DNA from: Octopus vulgaris | Lineage: Eukaryota | Direction of reading: 5' to 3' | Assembly: GCA_951406725.2 (NCBI GenBank) | Contig: OX597831.1 | Coordinates: 2,790,001 to 2,854,000 of the forward strand | DNA length: 64,000 nucleotides | Shown: piece after piece, positions 47,534-60,752 of the stretch | Numbering within the stretch: position 1 is the stretch's first letter | Layout: every line of letters starts with the position of its first letter | Position numbers and translations under genes: made by a program | The notes under the pieces: model-generated | Seen by the model: only the letters and a program-made list of their open reading frames with translations | Databases searched by the model: none | Told to the model about the DNA's origin: nothing

Positions 47534-48343
47534 GTTTTGTTGAATTTTCTTCTGCTTTAAATAAAGCATATTACTCTACCACTGGTATTTGAGTACTCTT
47601 TTTTTCCACCTTGTTTCACATTTATGTGTTTACTCCGGTGTGTATATATATATATATATAGCTTTCATTGTATTCCTCCCCATTTGACATCCCTGGGCTG
47701 AATTATAAACCAGTACAATCTACAAACCAAATAGGGTGCATGTCTATAAATACATATTAAAGTATGTGTCTGTGTATGCGTGTAGGAGTGTGTCTGAATG
47801 TTTAAAACACACACATAAACTAACTTGCAACCACACACACACACACACATAAACTAACTTGCAACCACACACACACACACACATACACGTGTGCACACAC
47901 ACACATAAAGAAAGAAAAAGAGAAAACAGCAACAAACAACAGGAAAAATGAGGACAGGATATGTTTGTGATCAAAATTATTAGTTGAATGCTCAGAGAAG
48001 TGGAAAGAGTTAATTATGATGCTTTTGACAATGTCCTTCTTTGGAATACAGCTTTACCGAGGAAAGAGGGGGTGGGGGAATAAGAGGGGGGAAAATGTAG
48101 AAATGAGTGAAAATATCCAGGTGAAGAGGCCAACGTAGTCTTGTCTTTTATAGTAGCTTTTGACTATATATATATATAGGCGCAGGAGTGGCTGTGTGGT
48201 AAGTAGCTTGCTTACCAACCACATGGTTCCGGGTTCAGTCTCACTGCGTGGCATCTTGGGCAAGTGTCTTCTACTATAGCCTCGGGCCGACCAATGCCTT
48301 GTGAGTGGATTTGGTAGACGGAAACTGAAAGAAGCCTGTCGTA

Positions 48344-48381
<38 letters not shown>

Positions 48382-48684
48382 TGTGTGTGTATATGTTTGT
48401 GTGTCTGTGTTTGTCCCCCTAGCATTGCTTGACAACCGATGCTGGTGTGTTTACGTCCCCGTCACTTAGCGGTTCGGCAAAAGAGACCGATAGAATAAGT
48501 ACTGGGTTTACAAAGAATAAGTCCCGACTAAAGGTGGTGCTCCAGCATGGCCGCAGTCAAATGACTGAAACAAGTAAAAGAGTAAAAGAGTAAAAAGAGT
48601 ATATATATATGTATGTGTATATATATCTGTAAGTCGATGATTGAAAGGAATCTGTTCCTCCATTTTCTTATTTGTATTATGTAT

Positions 48685-49966
48685 ATCATCATCGTTTAAC
48701 GTCCGCTTTCCGCGCTAGCACGGGTTGGACGGTTTGACCGGGTCTGGGAAGCCAGGGGCCGCACCAGGCTCCAGTCTGAATCTGGCAGAGTTTCTACGGC
48801 TGGATGCCCTTCCTAACGCCAACCACTCCGTGAGTGGATTGGGTGCTTTTACGTGCCACCTGCACAGGGGCCGGAGGGTCCGGCATCGTCACGATCGGTT
48901 CGAGCATTTTAACGTGTCAGCGGCACGGGGGCAACGAGGTCCGGGGTACTTTGGGGATCGGGGTACTTTGGGGATCCAGGGTACTTTGGGGATCCGGGGT
49001 ACTTAGAATGGGTAGGGAGTATGTGGAATTGCTGCAGAAAGCAGCCCGGGTCTTTGTAGTCACAGCATATCTCCAGAGATCTCGGTCCTTCGCCATTGCC
49101 TCAGTGAGGCCCAATGCTCTGAGGTCATGCTTGACCACCTCATCCCATGTCTTCCTGGGTCTACCTCTCCCCCTGATACCTTCAACTGTTTGGGAGTGGC
49201 ACTTCTTCACACATCTCTCTTCATCCATCCGCAGCACATGACCATACCATCGCAAGCGTCGCTCTTGCACACCACATCTGATGCTTCTTATATCCAGCAT
49301 TTCTCTCAGGATACTTACACTCTGTTTTGCGTGCACACTGACACTACACATCCAGCGGATCATGCTAGCTTCATTTCTTTCAAGTCTACGCATGTCTTCT
49401 GCAGTCACAGCCCATGTTTCATTACCGTGAAGCATGGCAGTTCGCACACATGCATCATACAATCTACCTTTTGCTCTGAGGGAGAGACCTTTTGTTGCCA
49501 GTAGGGGTAGGAGCTTTCTGAACTTTGCCCAGGCTATTCGTATTCTAGTGGTGATACTCTCTGTGCATCCACCTCCGCTACTAACTTGGTCTCCCAGGTA
49601 GCGGAAACTATCAACTACTTCTAGTTTCTCTCCCTGGAGTGTGATGGAATCTGTTTTCTGAGTGTCTGTTGTGTCTATTGTCCCTGTGCATCTGCCGCAC
49701 ATGAAAGCTATCTTATCTGTTAATTTCCCTTTAATGTTGCTGCACCTCTTATGTGTCCATAACTTACATTGGGTGCATCTTATGGAGTTTCTACCTGTAC
49801 CTTTCCTACAGGTTGAGCAGGGCCACCTACCCGAGGGGATGTGTGCTGAGTACCTCTTGCTGCTTACTAATACTTTGGTCTTTGCTACATTTATTCTAAG
49901 GCCCTTTGATTCCAACCCTTGCTTCCACACCCGAAATTTCTCTTCTAGTTCCGGTAGTGATTCTGC
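48685..49966 (-). mobile_element. RTE-clade LINE, 5'-truncated, with an open C-terminal ORF fragment and 3' UTR
   Basis: ORF 48917-49930(-): KGLRINVAKTKVL, LEVVDSFRYLG, RIRIAWAKF, RRLRWYGHVLRM, RGRGRPRKTW; ends ggacgttaaac(gat)n. Confidence 0.92.
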
Positions 49967-51020
49967 TTATTACTCTTTTACTCTTTCACTTGTTTCAGTC
50001 ATTTGACTGCGGCCATGCTGGAGCACTGCCTTTAGTCGAGCAAATTGACCCTGGGACTTATTCTTTGTAAGCACAGTACTTATTCTATTGGTCTCTTTTG
50101 CCGAACCGCTAAGTGACGGGGACATAAACATACCAGCATCGGTTGTCAAGCAATGCTAGGGGGACAAACACAGACACACAAACACATACACACACACATA
50201 TACATATATACGACAGGCTTCTTTCAGTTTCCGTCTACCAAATCCACTCACAAGTCATTGGTCGGCCCGGGGCTATAGCAGAAGACACTTGCCCAAGATG
50301 CCACGCAGTGGAACTGAACCCGGAACCATGTGGTTGGTTAGCAAGCTACTTACCACACAGCCACTCCTGCGCCTGATATATGCATATTATCATCATCATC
50401 ATCATCATCGTTTAACATCTGCTTTCCATGCTAGCATGGGTTGGACAATTTGACTGAGGACTGGTGAACCAGATGGCTGCACCAGGCTCCAATCTGATCT
50501 TGCAGAATTTCTACAGCTGGATGCTCTTCCTAATACCAACCACTCCAAGAATGTAGTGGGTGCTTTTATGTGCCACTGGCACGAGGGCCAGTCAGGCCGT
50601 ACTGGCAACAGCCACGCTCGAATGGTGCTTTTTACATGCCACCTGCACAGAGGCCAGTCCAGCGGCACTGGCAATGACCTCGCCTGAATGATTTGTTCAC
50701 ATGCCGGTAAGGCAACATTGGTAACGATCACACTCAAATGGTGTTTTTTACGAGCCACTGGCACGGAAGCCAGTTAGCCACTTTGGCAACGATGATGCTC
50801 AGATGGTGCTCTTAGTGCTCCACTAGCACGGATGCCAGTCATCGAATTTGATTTCAATTTCGATTTTATTTGCCTCAACAGGTCTTTGCAAGCAGAGTTT
50901 AGTGTCCAATGAAGGAAAGGTATGCATAAATGGGCTGGTTACACCCCTGGCATAGGCCACGAGGTTATGGTCTCACTTGGGCTTGCCAAGTCTTCTCAAG
51001 CACAGCATAATAAATTAAAT

Positions 51021-51131
51021 TCTCTGAAGAGGCCGTGGGGCATCCTTGTTAATGTCTCATTTATACCTGCCTTATATGGCTTATAGGTTAAATGAGGCAT
51101 GCTTGCCCTTACGGCCGAAACAGCTGTCAGA
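51021..51131 (+). ncRNA. Type-I hammerhead ribozyme, canonical core, extended stem II
   Basis: tct-CTGAAGA-ggccgt..(74 nt, paired)..acggcc-GAAA-c-agct-g-TC-aga; GUC triplet; palindromic acagctgt stem III. Confidence 0.8.
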
Positions 51132-52160
51132 TATGATATAATTATATATTATATTTTATATTTTATATGTCTATTTCATTGTCTAATTATATTTACTATA
51201 TATTTTGTATAATGCCTTTACTGTTATGTAATGGTGTAATAAAGTATTGATCGGGTATCATCTGATGGTTGATATTTGATTGATTTAAGTATGTTTCTCC
51301 ATTTTCTAATTTTGTTGTATATATATATATATATATATATCTTTTATCTTTTACTTGTTTCAATCATTAGACTGTGGCCACGTTGGGGCATTTCCTTGAA
51401 GAATTTTTAGTGAAATGAATTGACCCCAATATTTTATGTTTCAAAATCTGGTCCTTATTCTATTACTCTTCTTTGCTAAATTGTTATGTTATGGGGAACA
51501 TAAACACCCCAACACTGGTTGTCAAATGGTGGTGTAGGACATACAATCACACACACACACATACACACACATGATAGACATCTTTCAGTTTCCATCTTTC
51601 AAATCCACTCACAAAGCTTTGGTTGGCCTGAAGCTATATCAGAAGACACTTACCCAAGGTTCAATGCGGTGAGACTGAATCTGGGACCGTGTGGTTTGGA
51701 AGCAAGCTTCCTACCACACAGCCCTGCCTTATAAATCTTAAATGCCATTTGTGTTTTCCTTTTATACCTATGTCTCACCTAGAACCAAATCCCAGAGTTG
51801 GAATCTATGGTTTAAATTGCATTTTATACTTACATATCTGCAGTATCCTACTAACACGTGATACCATCATTGTTGTTTACCTCACAGTTGCATATCTAGA
51901 CATGCTCGTATATATTTAAATGATAAACTTCTGGAAAGTTTTACAGATTTTTACAGTTCCAGTGATGGATTGGATATGTAGTTTTCGAATTAGCTTTCTC
52001 CTTCTGGTTTTGAGAAGCCTAATTTCTCAAGATTGGTATCTAGGCGGTGTGTTACATATCCCAGGACCCCAATAATTACAGGTATAAACCTGAACTAGTA
52101 ATCTGGATAGAGTAACTGCAGATTTTTCAATAGTTCAGCATAGGTATTCTCTTTTCACTG

Positions 52161-52191
<31 letters not shown>

Positions 52192-52794
52192 TGTATGTAT
52201 ATATTTCTTTACTACCTACAAGGGGCTAAACATAGAGGGGACAAACAAGGACAGACAAAGGGATTAAGTCGATTACATAGACCCCAGTGCGAAACTGGTA
52301 CTTTATTTAATCGACCCCGAAAGGATGAAAGGCAAAGTCGACCTCGGCGGAATTTGAACTCAGAACGTAACGGCAGACGAAATACGGCTACGCATTTCGC
52401 CCGGCATGCTAATGTTTCTGCCAGCTCGCATATATGTATGTGTGTGTGTGCACGTGCATGTATGCATGTATGTGTGCATGCATGTGTGTATGTATGCATG
52501 TATGTATGTATGTATATTTATTGGTTTAAAACCCCAGTTAACGAGGTCAAATGATAAGGAACAAAACAAAAGCTACAGAATAGTTGAAAGAGGATTGAAA
52601 TCATGACTGTCTGGTCTGCATTGATCAAAATATTCTCATTAACTTGAATTAGATATTCTCATTAATTTGGATTCTGTACTCATTAACTGAGAACTTTGCA
52701 TGAAGATAGCAAGCCTGACTAACACTGCACAATATATTTAATAACAACTTTTCTTGAAGACATGAATTTAAAAGACTAGCTGACAGTTATTATG

Positions 52795-52825
52795 GTTCCT
52801 CCTCGTCCTCCTCCTACTACTACTA

Positions 52826-52857
<32 letters not shown>

Positions 52858-52900
52858 TCTTCTTCTTCTTCTTCTACTACTACTATTACTACTACTACTA

Positions 52901-52933
<33 letters not shown>

Positions 52934-53014
52934 CTTCTACTACTACTAGTACTACTACTACTGCTACTGCTGCTGCTACTACTACTACTACTGCTACTTC
53001 TTCTTCTTCTTCTT

Positions 53015-53069
<55 letters not shown>

Positions 53070-53125
53070 TACTACCACTACTACTACTACTACTATTACT
53101 ACTACTACTATTACTACTTCTTCTT

Positions 53126-53171
<46 letters not shown>

Positions 53172-53180
53172 CACAACCAC
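52795..53180. repeat. (CTA)/(CTT) compound microsatellite
   Basis: Direct inspection. Confidence 0.95.
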
Positions 53181-53724
53181 CAGTTTATTAATCCAGCAGC
53201 TCTATGAGTAAAAGCATGCAGGTCGTGATCCACCCTAGCATGGAAAGTGGACGTTAAACGATGATGATGATGATGATGTGAGCTGGCAGAATCATGAGCA
53301 CAGCAGCCAAAATGGCATTATGTCTGCCTTTACATTCTGAGTTCAAATTCCACTCTGGGTCAACTTTACCTTTCATCCTTCAGGAGTTGATAAAATAAGT
53401 ACCAGTTGGTCACAGGGGTTGATGTAATTGATTTACCCTCTCCTTCCAACCTTGCCCACCTTGAACCAAAATGTGAAACCATTATTATTCATGCCACCTA
53501 AGATGGCAAGCTGGCAGAATCGTTAGCATGTAGCGCAAAATGCTTAGCAACATTTCATCTCTCTTTATGTTCTGAGTTCAAATTCTGCTGTGGTTGACTG
53601 CTTTTCATCCTTTTGGGGTCGATAAATTAAGTACCTGTGAAACTCTGGGGGGTCGATGTAATCGACTTGACCCCCTCCCCCAAAATTTCAGGCCTTGTGC
53701 CTTTAGTAGAAAGGATCATTACTT

Positions 53725-54470
53725 ATGTGACCTTCAGAGGAGTTCTCCATCGGTATCTTCAGCCATCGCAGTTTCCTCGTAGGATCTACAACAGTTGTTA
53801 AGATTTTACAGTATTGTTTAAGGACTTGTCACGGCCTTGCTCAAGCTGTCTAAAGCATATGCCCTTAACCATGCATTACTCCAAAACCTTGAGGTGACAT
53901 ACAATGTGTATGCTGTACCCAATGATATTTGTAAGGAGTGACTTCCTCTTGCCATTTACAGCTGTGCTTTGTCTGACCTTGCTATAAACAAGTCAGGGGT
54001 AATGTGCAGTCTGCGAGACTTTCTGAAAGGCATGTCTAATGAAAAATTACCTCAAACTATTTAGCAGTGCAGCCTGTCAGTAGATCAGATAAGTCCCAAG
54101 CAGCCTATGTCATGAAGACAGTTGCCCATTTCTGCTATGAACCATGGCTGGGACAGCAACTGATTCATGTCATGGCATATTCACAGATCTGTGAGTCTGG
54201 ATATCTTCTTTCTTCAGCTCGCTATGGCTCCAAAATCTCCTATTCTTTGACCTGGAATTGCGAAGCTTCTCAGTTATCAGGAATGGCCATATAAACATTT
54301 TTGGTGATGGAGAAAGACCGTATGTCAGCAGAAGAAGACTTACATACTCTGCTTTTCTTTTTACTCTTGGAAAGAGGTTTATTAGGTGACAGCAACTGAA
54401 AGCAGAGGGTACGAAGCGAAAAACAGCATGTGATGACTGCAAAAACAACCATCGCAATACTACAACACAG
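53725..54470 (+). mobile_element. Possible ancient LINE reverse-transcriptase remnant
   Basis: YLQPSQF.. and LLKLSKAYALNHALL weakly resemble the Q.GF and DLSKAFD..H motifs. Confidence 0.3.
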
Positions 54471-54529
54471 ATGCTTCATACGCTCTCTGTGTACAAAACA
54501 CACACACACACACATGCACATATATATAT

Positions 54530-55475
54530 ATACATCCACAGTTGCCTCACATGCACATGCATACACACCCATGCACATCCACAAATCCACAGTCGTTTCA
54601 CATGCACATGCACACACATACACACTTGCACATATACATATACACGGTCTCACAAACACATGCATACATACACACATATGCACATACACGCATACACAGT
54701 TGTCTCACATGCACACACATACATAGACAGTCGTCTCACATACACATACACACACACATGTGCACATACACACACATTTGCACATACACATATACACGGT
54801 CTCACAAACGAATGCATACACACACACACATGCACATACACGCATACACAGTCGTCTCACATGCACACACATACATAGCCAGTCGCCTCACATACACATA
54901 CACACACACATGTGCACATACACACAAATTTGCACATACACATATACATGGTCTCACAAATACATGCATACACACACACACATGCACATATACGGATACA
55001 CAGTCGTCTCACATGCACACACATACATAGACAGTCGTCTCACATACACATGCATACACACACACGTGCACATACACACATCCACAGTCGTCTCACATGC
55101 ACATGCACACACATACAGTCGTCTCACATGCACACGCATGCCCACACACATGCACATACACAAATAGACAGTCGTTTCACATGCACACGCATACACACAT
55201 ACACATACACACATCAACAGTCGTCTCATATGCACATGCATACCCACACACAAACAGTCATTTCACATGCACACACATACACACACACGTGCACATCCAC
55301 ACATCCACAGTCATCTCATATACATACACAGTTGTCTTACATGCACATGCATATCCACACACATGCACATACACAAATAGACAGCCGTTTCACATGCACA
55401 CGCATACACACATACACACATATACACACACATATCCACAGTCGCCTCGCAGGCACACACACACACATACACACA
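54530..55475. repeat. CA-rich complex minisatellite
   Basis: Recurring cagtcgtctcacat anchor; ~152-bp higher-order units at about 54720, 54872 and 55024. Confidence 0.8.
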
Positions 55476-56057
55476 TGCATATGTCAAATAACGGAATAAA
55501 AATTATGACTTCACAACAAACATTTAAATGTAAATATTACAGGACATTATAAAAACAGAAATCGGGAAGAAAGACGACAGAAAGGGTGGACCTTGTTTCT
55601 TTTCCCATCTCATATTGGAGGGGCAGGGGCTTATAATTGCCTCAGATGATGATGATGATGATGATGAAGAAGTATGTGTCTGTCTTCTCCTCTGATCTGC
55701 CATGTCTCCTACTTGCTGACATTATCTGCGACTTCTGTAGAAATCCTTAATAATATTTATTAGATATTATATGTTAGATTCATGTCCTTGCTTTGAAACT
55801 TAGGGGTTTGGGGGTTTTTCTTTGGGTTTTTTTTTTATCTGCTACCAGACATATGGTTGACTTCATTAACTGGACATATGGTCCTCCTTTTATTTCAACA
55901 TGCATAAACATTTGTATACAAAACATATGTACATGCCTACTCACACAAATACACACAAACGCACACAGACATACACACATGCACACACACACATACACAT
56001 TATTCAGTATATATTTCTCTGAGTGTACTATGTGAATGAGTGTGTGTTGTGTGTGTT

Positions 56058-56358
56058 TATATATATATATATAAAAGTGAAGTTGTGTGTCTGTCTCCTA
56101 CGATTTAGATTCATAACTACTCCCACATTTTGCGGTGCAGTGTAACCAAAACCGGGTATCTTATAGTCGTGATTCATATCGAGCCCTTCTGGGTATTAGC
56201 GTGCGTCTACGATGAGTCTACGATTTTAAAAAAAATTTACCATAATTTTTTTTCCATTTTTAATGCATTTTTTTGCTATTTTTTGGCTATAACTCTCTAA
56301 AAATGCTTATATAGTTATTTCCCTTACAAACCCGAGCAACGCCGGGCAATACTGCTAG
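56058..56358 (+). mobile_element. Short non-autonomous Helitron
   Basis: tatatataaaagtgaag..gtctgtc start; 3' hairpin cccgagcaacgccggg followed by CTAG|T. Confidence 0.7.
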
Positions 56359-56508
56359 TATATATATGTTTATATATATATATGCATGTGTAGTAGGTAT
56401 TCATTTATGCCTATGTATATGCATGTGTGTGTTTAATATACATAGATATGTATTAGAAAACATGCACAATCACCTACAGAAAGAACTTTCAAAAGAACAC
56501 ATACACTC

Positions 56509-56546
<38 letters not shown>

Positions 56547-56884
56547 TTGATATTTGTTTGTGTGAGTGTACTGTGTCAATGAGCGAGCGTCGTGTATGCT
56601 TATATATATATATGTGCAAGTGTAGTGTGTGTTTATATATGCATGTGTGTGTGCATGCATATGCGTGTGTGTGTGTTGGTGTATGTGATTAATAATATCT
56701 TTTTTTTATTTTCTTTCAGTTTTAGCCATTAGACTGGAGCCATGCTGGAGCATCACCTTGCGGAATTTAAGTTGAATTGACCCCAGTACTTTCTTCTTTT
56801 TAAGCCTAGTACTTATTCTATCAGTATCTTCGCCAAACTGCTAAGTTACGAGAACATGAACACACTAACATATATATATATATA

Positions 56885-57721
56885 TGATCTGATCAATAAG
56901 GATCTGGACTGTTGCCATAGTAACAAAGCTAAAGCATGCAAAGTGAAGCCACTTGGCACTTCCTCTGTTTACAGCAATGCTTTGAAGGAAGATGTGTAGC
57001 ATGTGTTCATTGCATTGACCATGACAGAGAAAGTTGAGCAGAGAATCTGCATCAAAGTTTTCCAAAAGCCTGGCTATACCTGTTCAGAGGCCTACACCAA
57101 GTTTCCAAAAAGTTTTCATTGTTTTCAACACAATCAAGGAGATTTTGTGCAACTGAAGCCTGGGTGTCTTCTTGGTCAGCTGAAAACAGTTTTGGCACAA
57201 ACTTGGCAGACACACGTCTCATTCCCAAATCTTCAGTGATAATGTACTGAACTGAACCGTAACTAATCTGCACATCCTCTGATAACTCACCAATGGTGAT
57301 TCGATGATTTCTCCTCACAACTGCACACACACCTGCAATGTTTTTCTATTCTGTTGGTTGCAGGTGTCCCAGAATGTTCATCACTATCGATATTTTTTCG
57401 GCCATTTTGGAAACGTCTGAACCACTTGTACACTTGTGTATGGCTCATACACTCCTCTCCATACACTTTCTGTGACTTTGCATTGGCCTCTGAGCAGGTA
57501 TCGCCATGACGACTTTCTCTGTCTTAGTCAATGTGATGATCACACATGCTACACACCTTCCTTCCAAGCACTGCTGTAAACAGCAAAAGTGAGCTAGAAT
57601 GTTAAAACTTAGTGCACATGTACAGCAGAGTTCAAGGTCAATATGTGCCAAGTGGCTTCACTCTGCGTGCTTTAGCTTCGTTACTATGGCAACTGTCAGG
57701 ATACTTACTGATCAGACCTCA
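56885..57721. mobile_element. Fold-back mariner derivative made of two 5' ends
   Basis: Inverted arms (gttgccatagtaac..gtgaagccacttggcac); + strand MTEKVEQRICIK, - strand ..KWFRRFQ..LGMRRVSAKFVPKL; inserted in the TA tract of a SINE. Confidence 0.8.
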
Positions 57722-58194
57722 TATATATACGACAGGCTTCTTTCAGTTTCCCTCTACCAAAACCATTCACAAGACTTTGGTCGGCCTGACGCTATAGAAG
57801 AAGACACTTGCCCAAAGTGCCACGCAGTGGGACTGAACCCAGAACCATGTGGTTGGGAAGCAAGCTTCTTACCACACACCCATGCACCGACTGTGTGGAT
57901 GAGTGTGAACTGTGCCTCTTTATATACGTGCATATGTGTAGTGTGTGTTTATATATGCATGCGCGTGTGTGTGTATGTGTGTGTGGGTGTGGGTGTATGT
58001 GTGTATGTGAATAATATATCTAAATATGTATATAGGCGCAGGAGTGGCTGTGTGGTAAGTAGCTTGCTAACCAACCACACGGTTCCGGGTTCAGTCCCAC
58101 TTCGTGGCATCTTGGGCAAGTGTCTTCTGCTATAGCCCCGGGCCGACCAATGCCTTGTGAGTGGATTTGGTAGACGGAAACTGAAAGAAGCCTG

Positions 58195-58256
<62 letters not shown>

Positions 58257-58681
58257 TTGTGTGTCTGTGTTTGTCCCCCTAGCATTGCTTGACAACCAAT
58301 GCTGGTGTGTTTACGTCCCCGTCACTTAGCGGTTCGGCAAAAGAGACCGATAGAATAAGTACTGGGCTTACAAAGAATAAGACCCGGGGTCGATTTGCTC
58401 GACTAAAGGCGGTGCTCCAGCATGGCCGCAGTCAAAATGACTGAAACAAGTAAAAGAGTAAAAGAGTAAGGAGTATAAAAGAATCATGTATGGTCACCTA
58501 GAGTAAGAACTCTCTAAAGAACACAAACTCTCTCTCTTTCTCTCACTCTCTCACACACACACCCACACACACATACATATACAGATGAGTAAGTGCATAT
58601 GCACTTTAGCTTCTCCTTTACTTAGACCTGCTTATTCAAAATCTACCAGTTTCTTTGGCTGTGACAGACACTTTACTTTAA

Positions 58682-58797
58682 GCTCTATGAACTGATGTCC
58701 AGTCTGCTATTCTATGAACTAATCTCCAGTCTGCTGTTCTATGAACTAATGTCCAATCTGCTGCTCTATGGACTAATGTCCAGCCTCTTGCTCTATG
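58682..58797. repeat. 27-bp tandem repeat, ~4 copies
   Basis: tctatgaactaatgtccagtctgctgc-like units. Confidence 0.8.
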
Positions 58798-58799
58798 CT

Positions 58800-58831
<32 letters not shown>

Positions 58832-59109
58832 TTTTTCTTGTGACATACAGCTATTGCTTGATATGTGATAGGAAGTTTTATCCACTTTCCTATAGTGCTT
58901 AATTTTTTATATTTCCTGTGTAACCTTTGCTTATCCATGTTTGTGTTTCTCTCACTGAAATCTTTAGGATTTTATCCTCAAGCACAGCCCACACATACAT
59001 TCACATGTACACACACACACATGCATGCATTTGTATAAATATATATGGTGATATTTATAAATATATGCACATATATTTCTATCAGTCAGTCTATCTATCC
59101 ATCTATCTA

Positions 59110-59182
<73 letters not shown>

Positions 59183-59208
59183 ATTATATATATATATATA
59201 TATCTATC

Positions 59209-59250
<42 letters not shown>

Positions 59251-60004
59251 ATCTATATATATATATATATATATATATATCCATCCATCTATCTATCTAT
59301 CTATCTATCGATCTATCTATATATATATATATACACACACACACATATATATATATACATAATATGTATACATATATGTAAATATATGTATATATATATA
59401 TATATATATATAATATGTATACATATATATACACACACATATATATGCATATAGATATGCTTATATATTTGTGTGTGTGTGTGTGTGTGTATGGGTGAGG
59501 GAAGGTGTGCACGTGCGTGAGAGCATGTGTGCACTGACATAATTTGAATGGAACATGCTACAAGATAATTACCGTCAAGGTATTCAGTATGTGAAATCAT
59601 TCTTAATGTTTATAACATAGCCCTGAAAGGTATTTAAATTCTCTGAAATTCTCTGAAATGATATTGAAGGCAGAAGCTCTGAATATCTTTGGTAAGTCAA
59701 GGATAGCAATTTCAAAACCACTTTCTCCAACTGGCCGTGATATCTTGGAGTTAGAAATAATAACAGTAAAAACTCATACATAGGCAATCTAATTGCAGAT
59801 AGTATAAATGTATATGTGTATATAAATATGTAAATATATACTAGGCAGAAGCATGGCTGTGTGGTAGAAAGATTTCTGGTTCTGGGTTCAGTTCCACTAT
59901 GAGGTACCTTGGGAAATTGTTTTCTATTATAGCCCTGGGCAGACCAAAACCTTGTGAGTCGATTTGGCAGACAGAAACTGAAAGAAGCCCATTATAATAT
60001 ATGC

Positions 60005-60036
<32 letters not shown>

Positions 60037-60232
60037 AAGCTGTCTCAAAGTCCATAAGTCAGGGAAAAATAAACCCCATAATGGCTACCTCTGAAGAGTG
60101 CAAGCTTACATAGTTGGGCTGTTGCCTAACACTCCATTGAAACTTAGTGTGAAACTGATTGGTAAGATCAGCTGTAATGGGTATATAATACTGTGCACTT
60201 CGATTACTATATGTGTTTGTGTGTGTGTGTGT

Positions 60233-60286
<54 letters not shown>

Positions 60287-60606
60287 AGTGTATGGCCTGA
60301 GAGAGAGAGAGAGAAGTGTATGGCCTAGTGGTTAGGGTGGTTGCACTCACAATTGGGCAATCATGGTTTCAATTTCTAGACCGGGTGGTGCATTATGTTC
60401 TTGAGCAAAACACTTCACCTCACATTGCTCTACGATCACCTTGATACCTCACACATGGTACACTGTGCACCTGTTCAGACAACATCGATTTGATGGAGGG
60501 AGTGAGATTAAGGTACAGCACATACATTTGACCCCTATAAACAAATCATTTCTGCAGGTCTTTCAGCAACAGCTGAACACACATACATTGTCTCCAACAT
60601 GATAGT

Positions 60607-60649
<43 letters not shown>

Positions 60650-60666
60650 GGAAAACCTATATAAAA

Positions 60667-60752
60667 TTAGCTGAAGATTACTCGACATCTTAAATCTGCT
60701 GTAATATTTACAGCTTTTAATAAAATGTTGTAGTATGAAACAATTGTACTAA
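60667..60752 (+). ncRNA. Type-I hammerhead ribozyme, canonical core, extended stem II
   Basis: ttag-CTGAAGA-ttact.cgacat..gctgtaa.tat.ttacagc..atgttg.t.agtat-GAAA-c-aatt-g-TA-ctaa; the host element 60647-60886 is flanked by (TA)n. Confidence 0.72.

Larger units (their letters stand above)
47416..47566. repeat. ~150-bp palindrome with two antiparallel hammerhead motifs
   Basis: 72-bp arms 47416-47487 and 47495-47566 with 2 mismatches; followed by a unique tail ending in (TA)n at about 47644. Confidence 0.9.

Noticed and set aside
48917-49930. 337-aa ORF as a host gene
   Set aside because: It is the 5'-truncated C-terminus of an RTE retrotransposon ORF.
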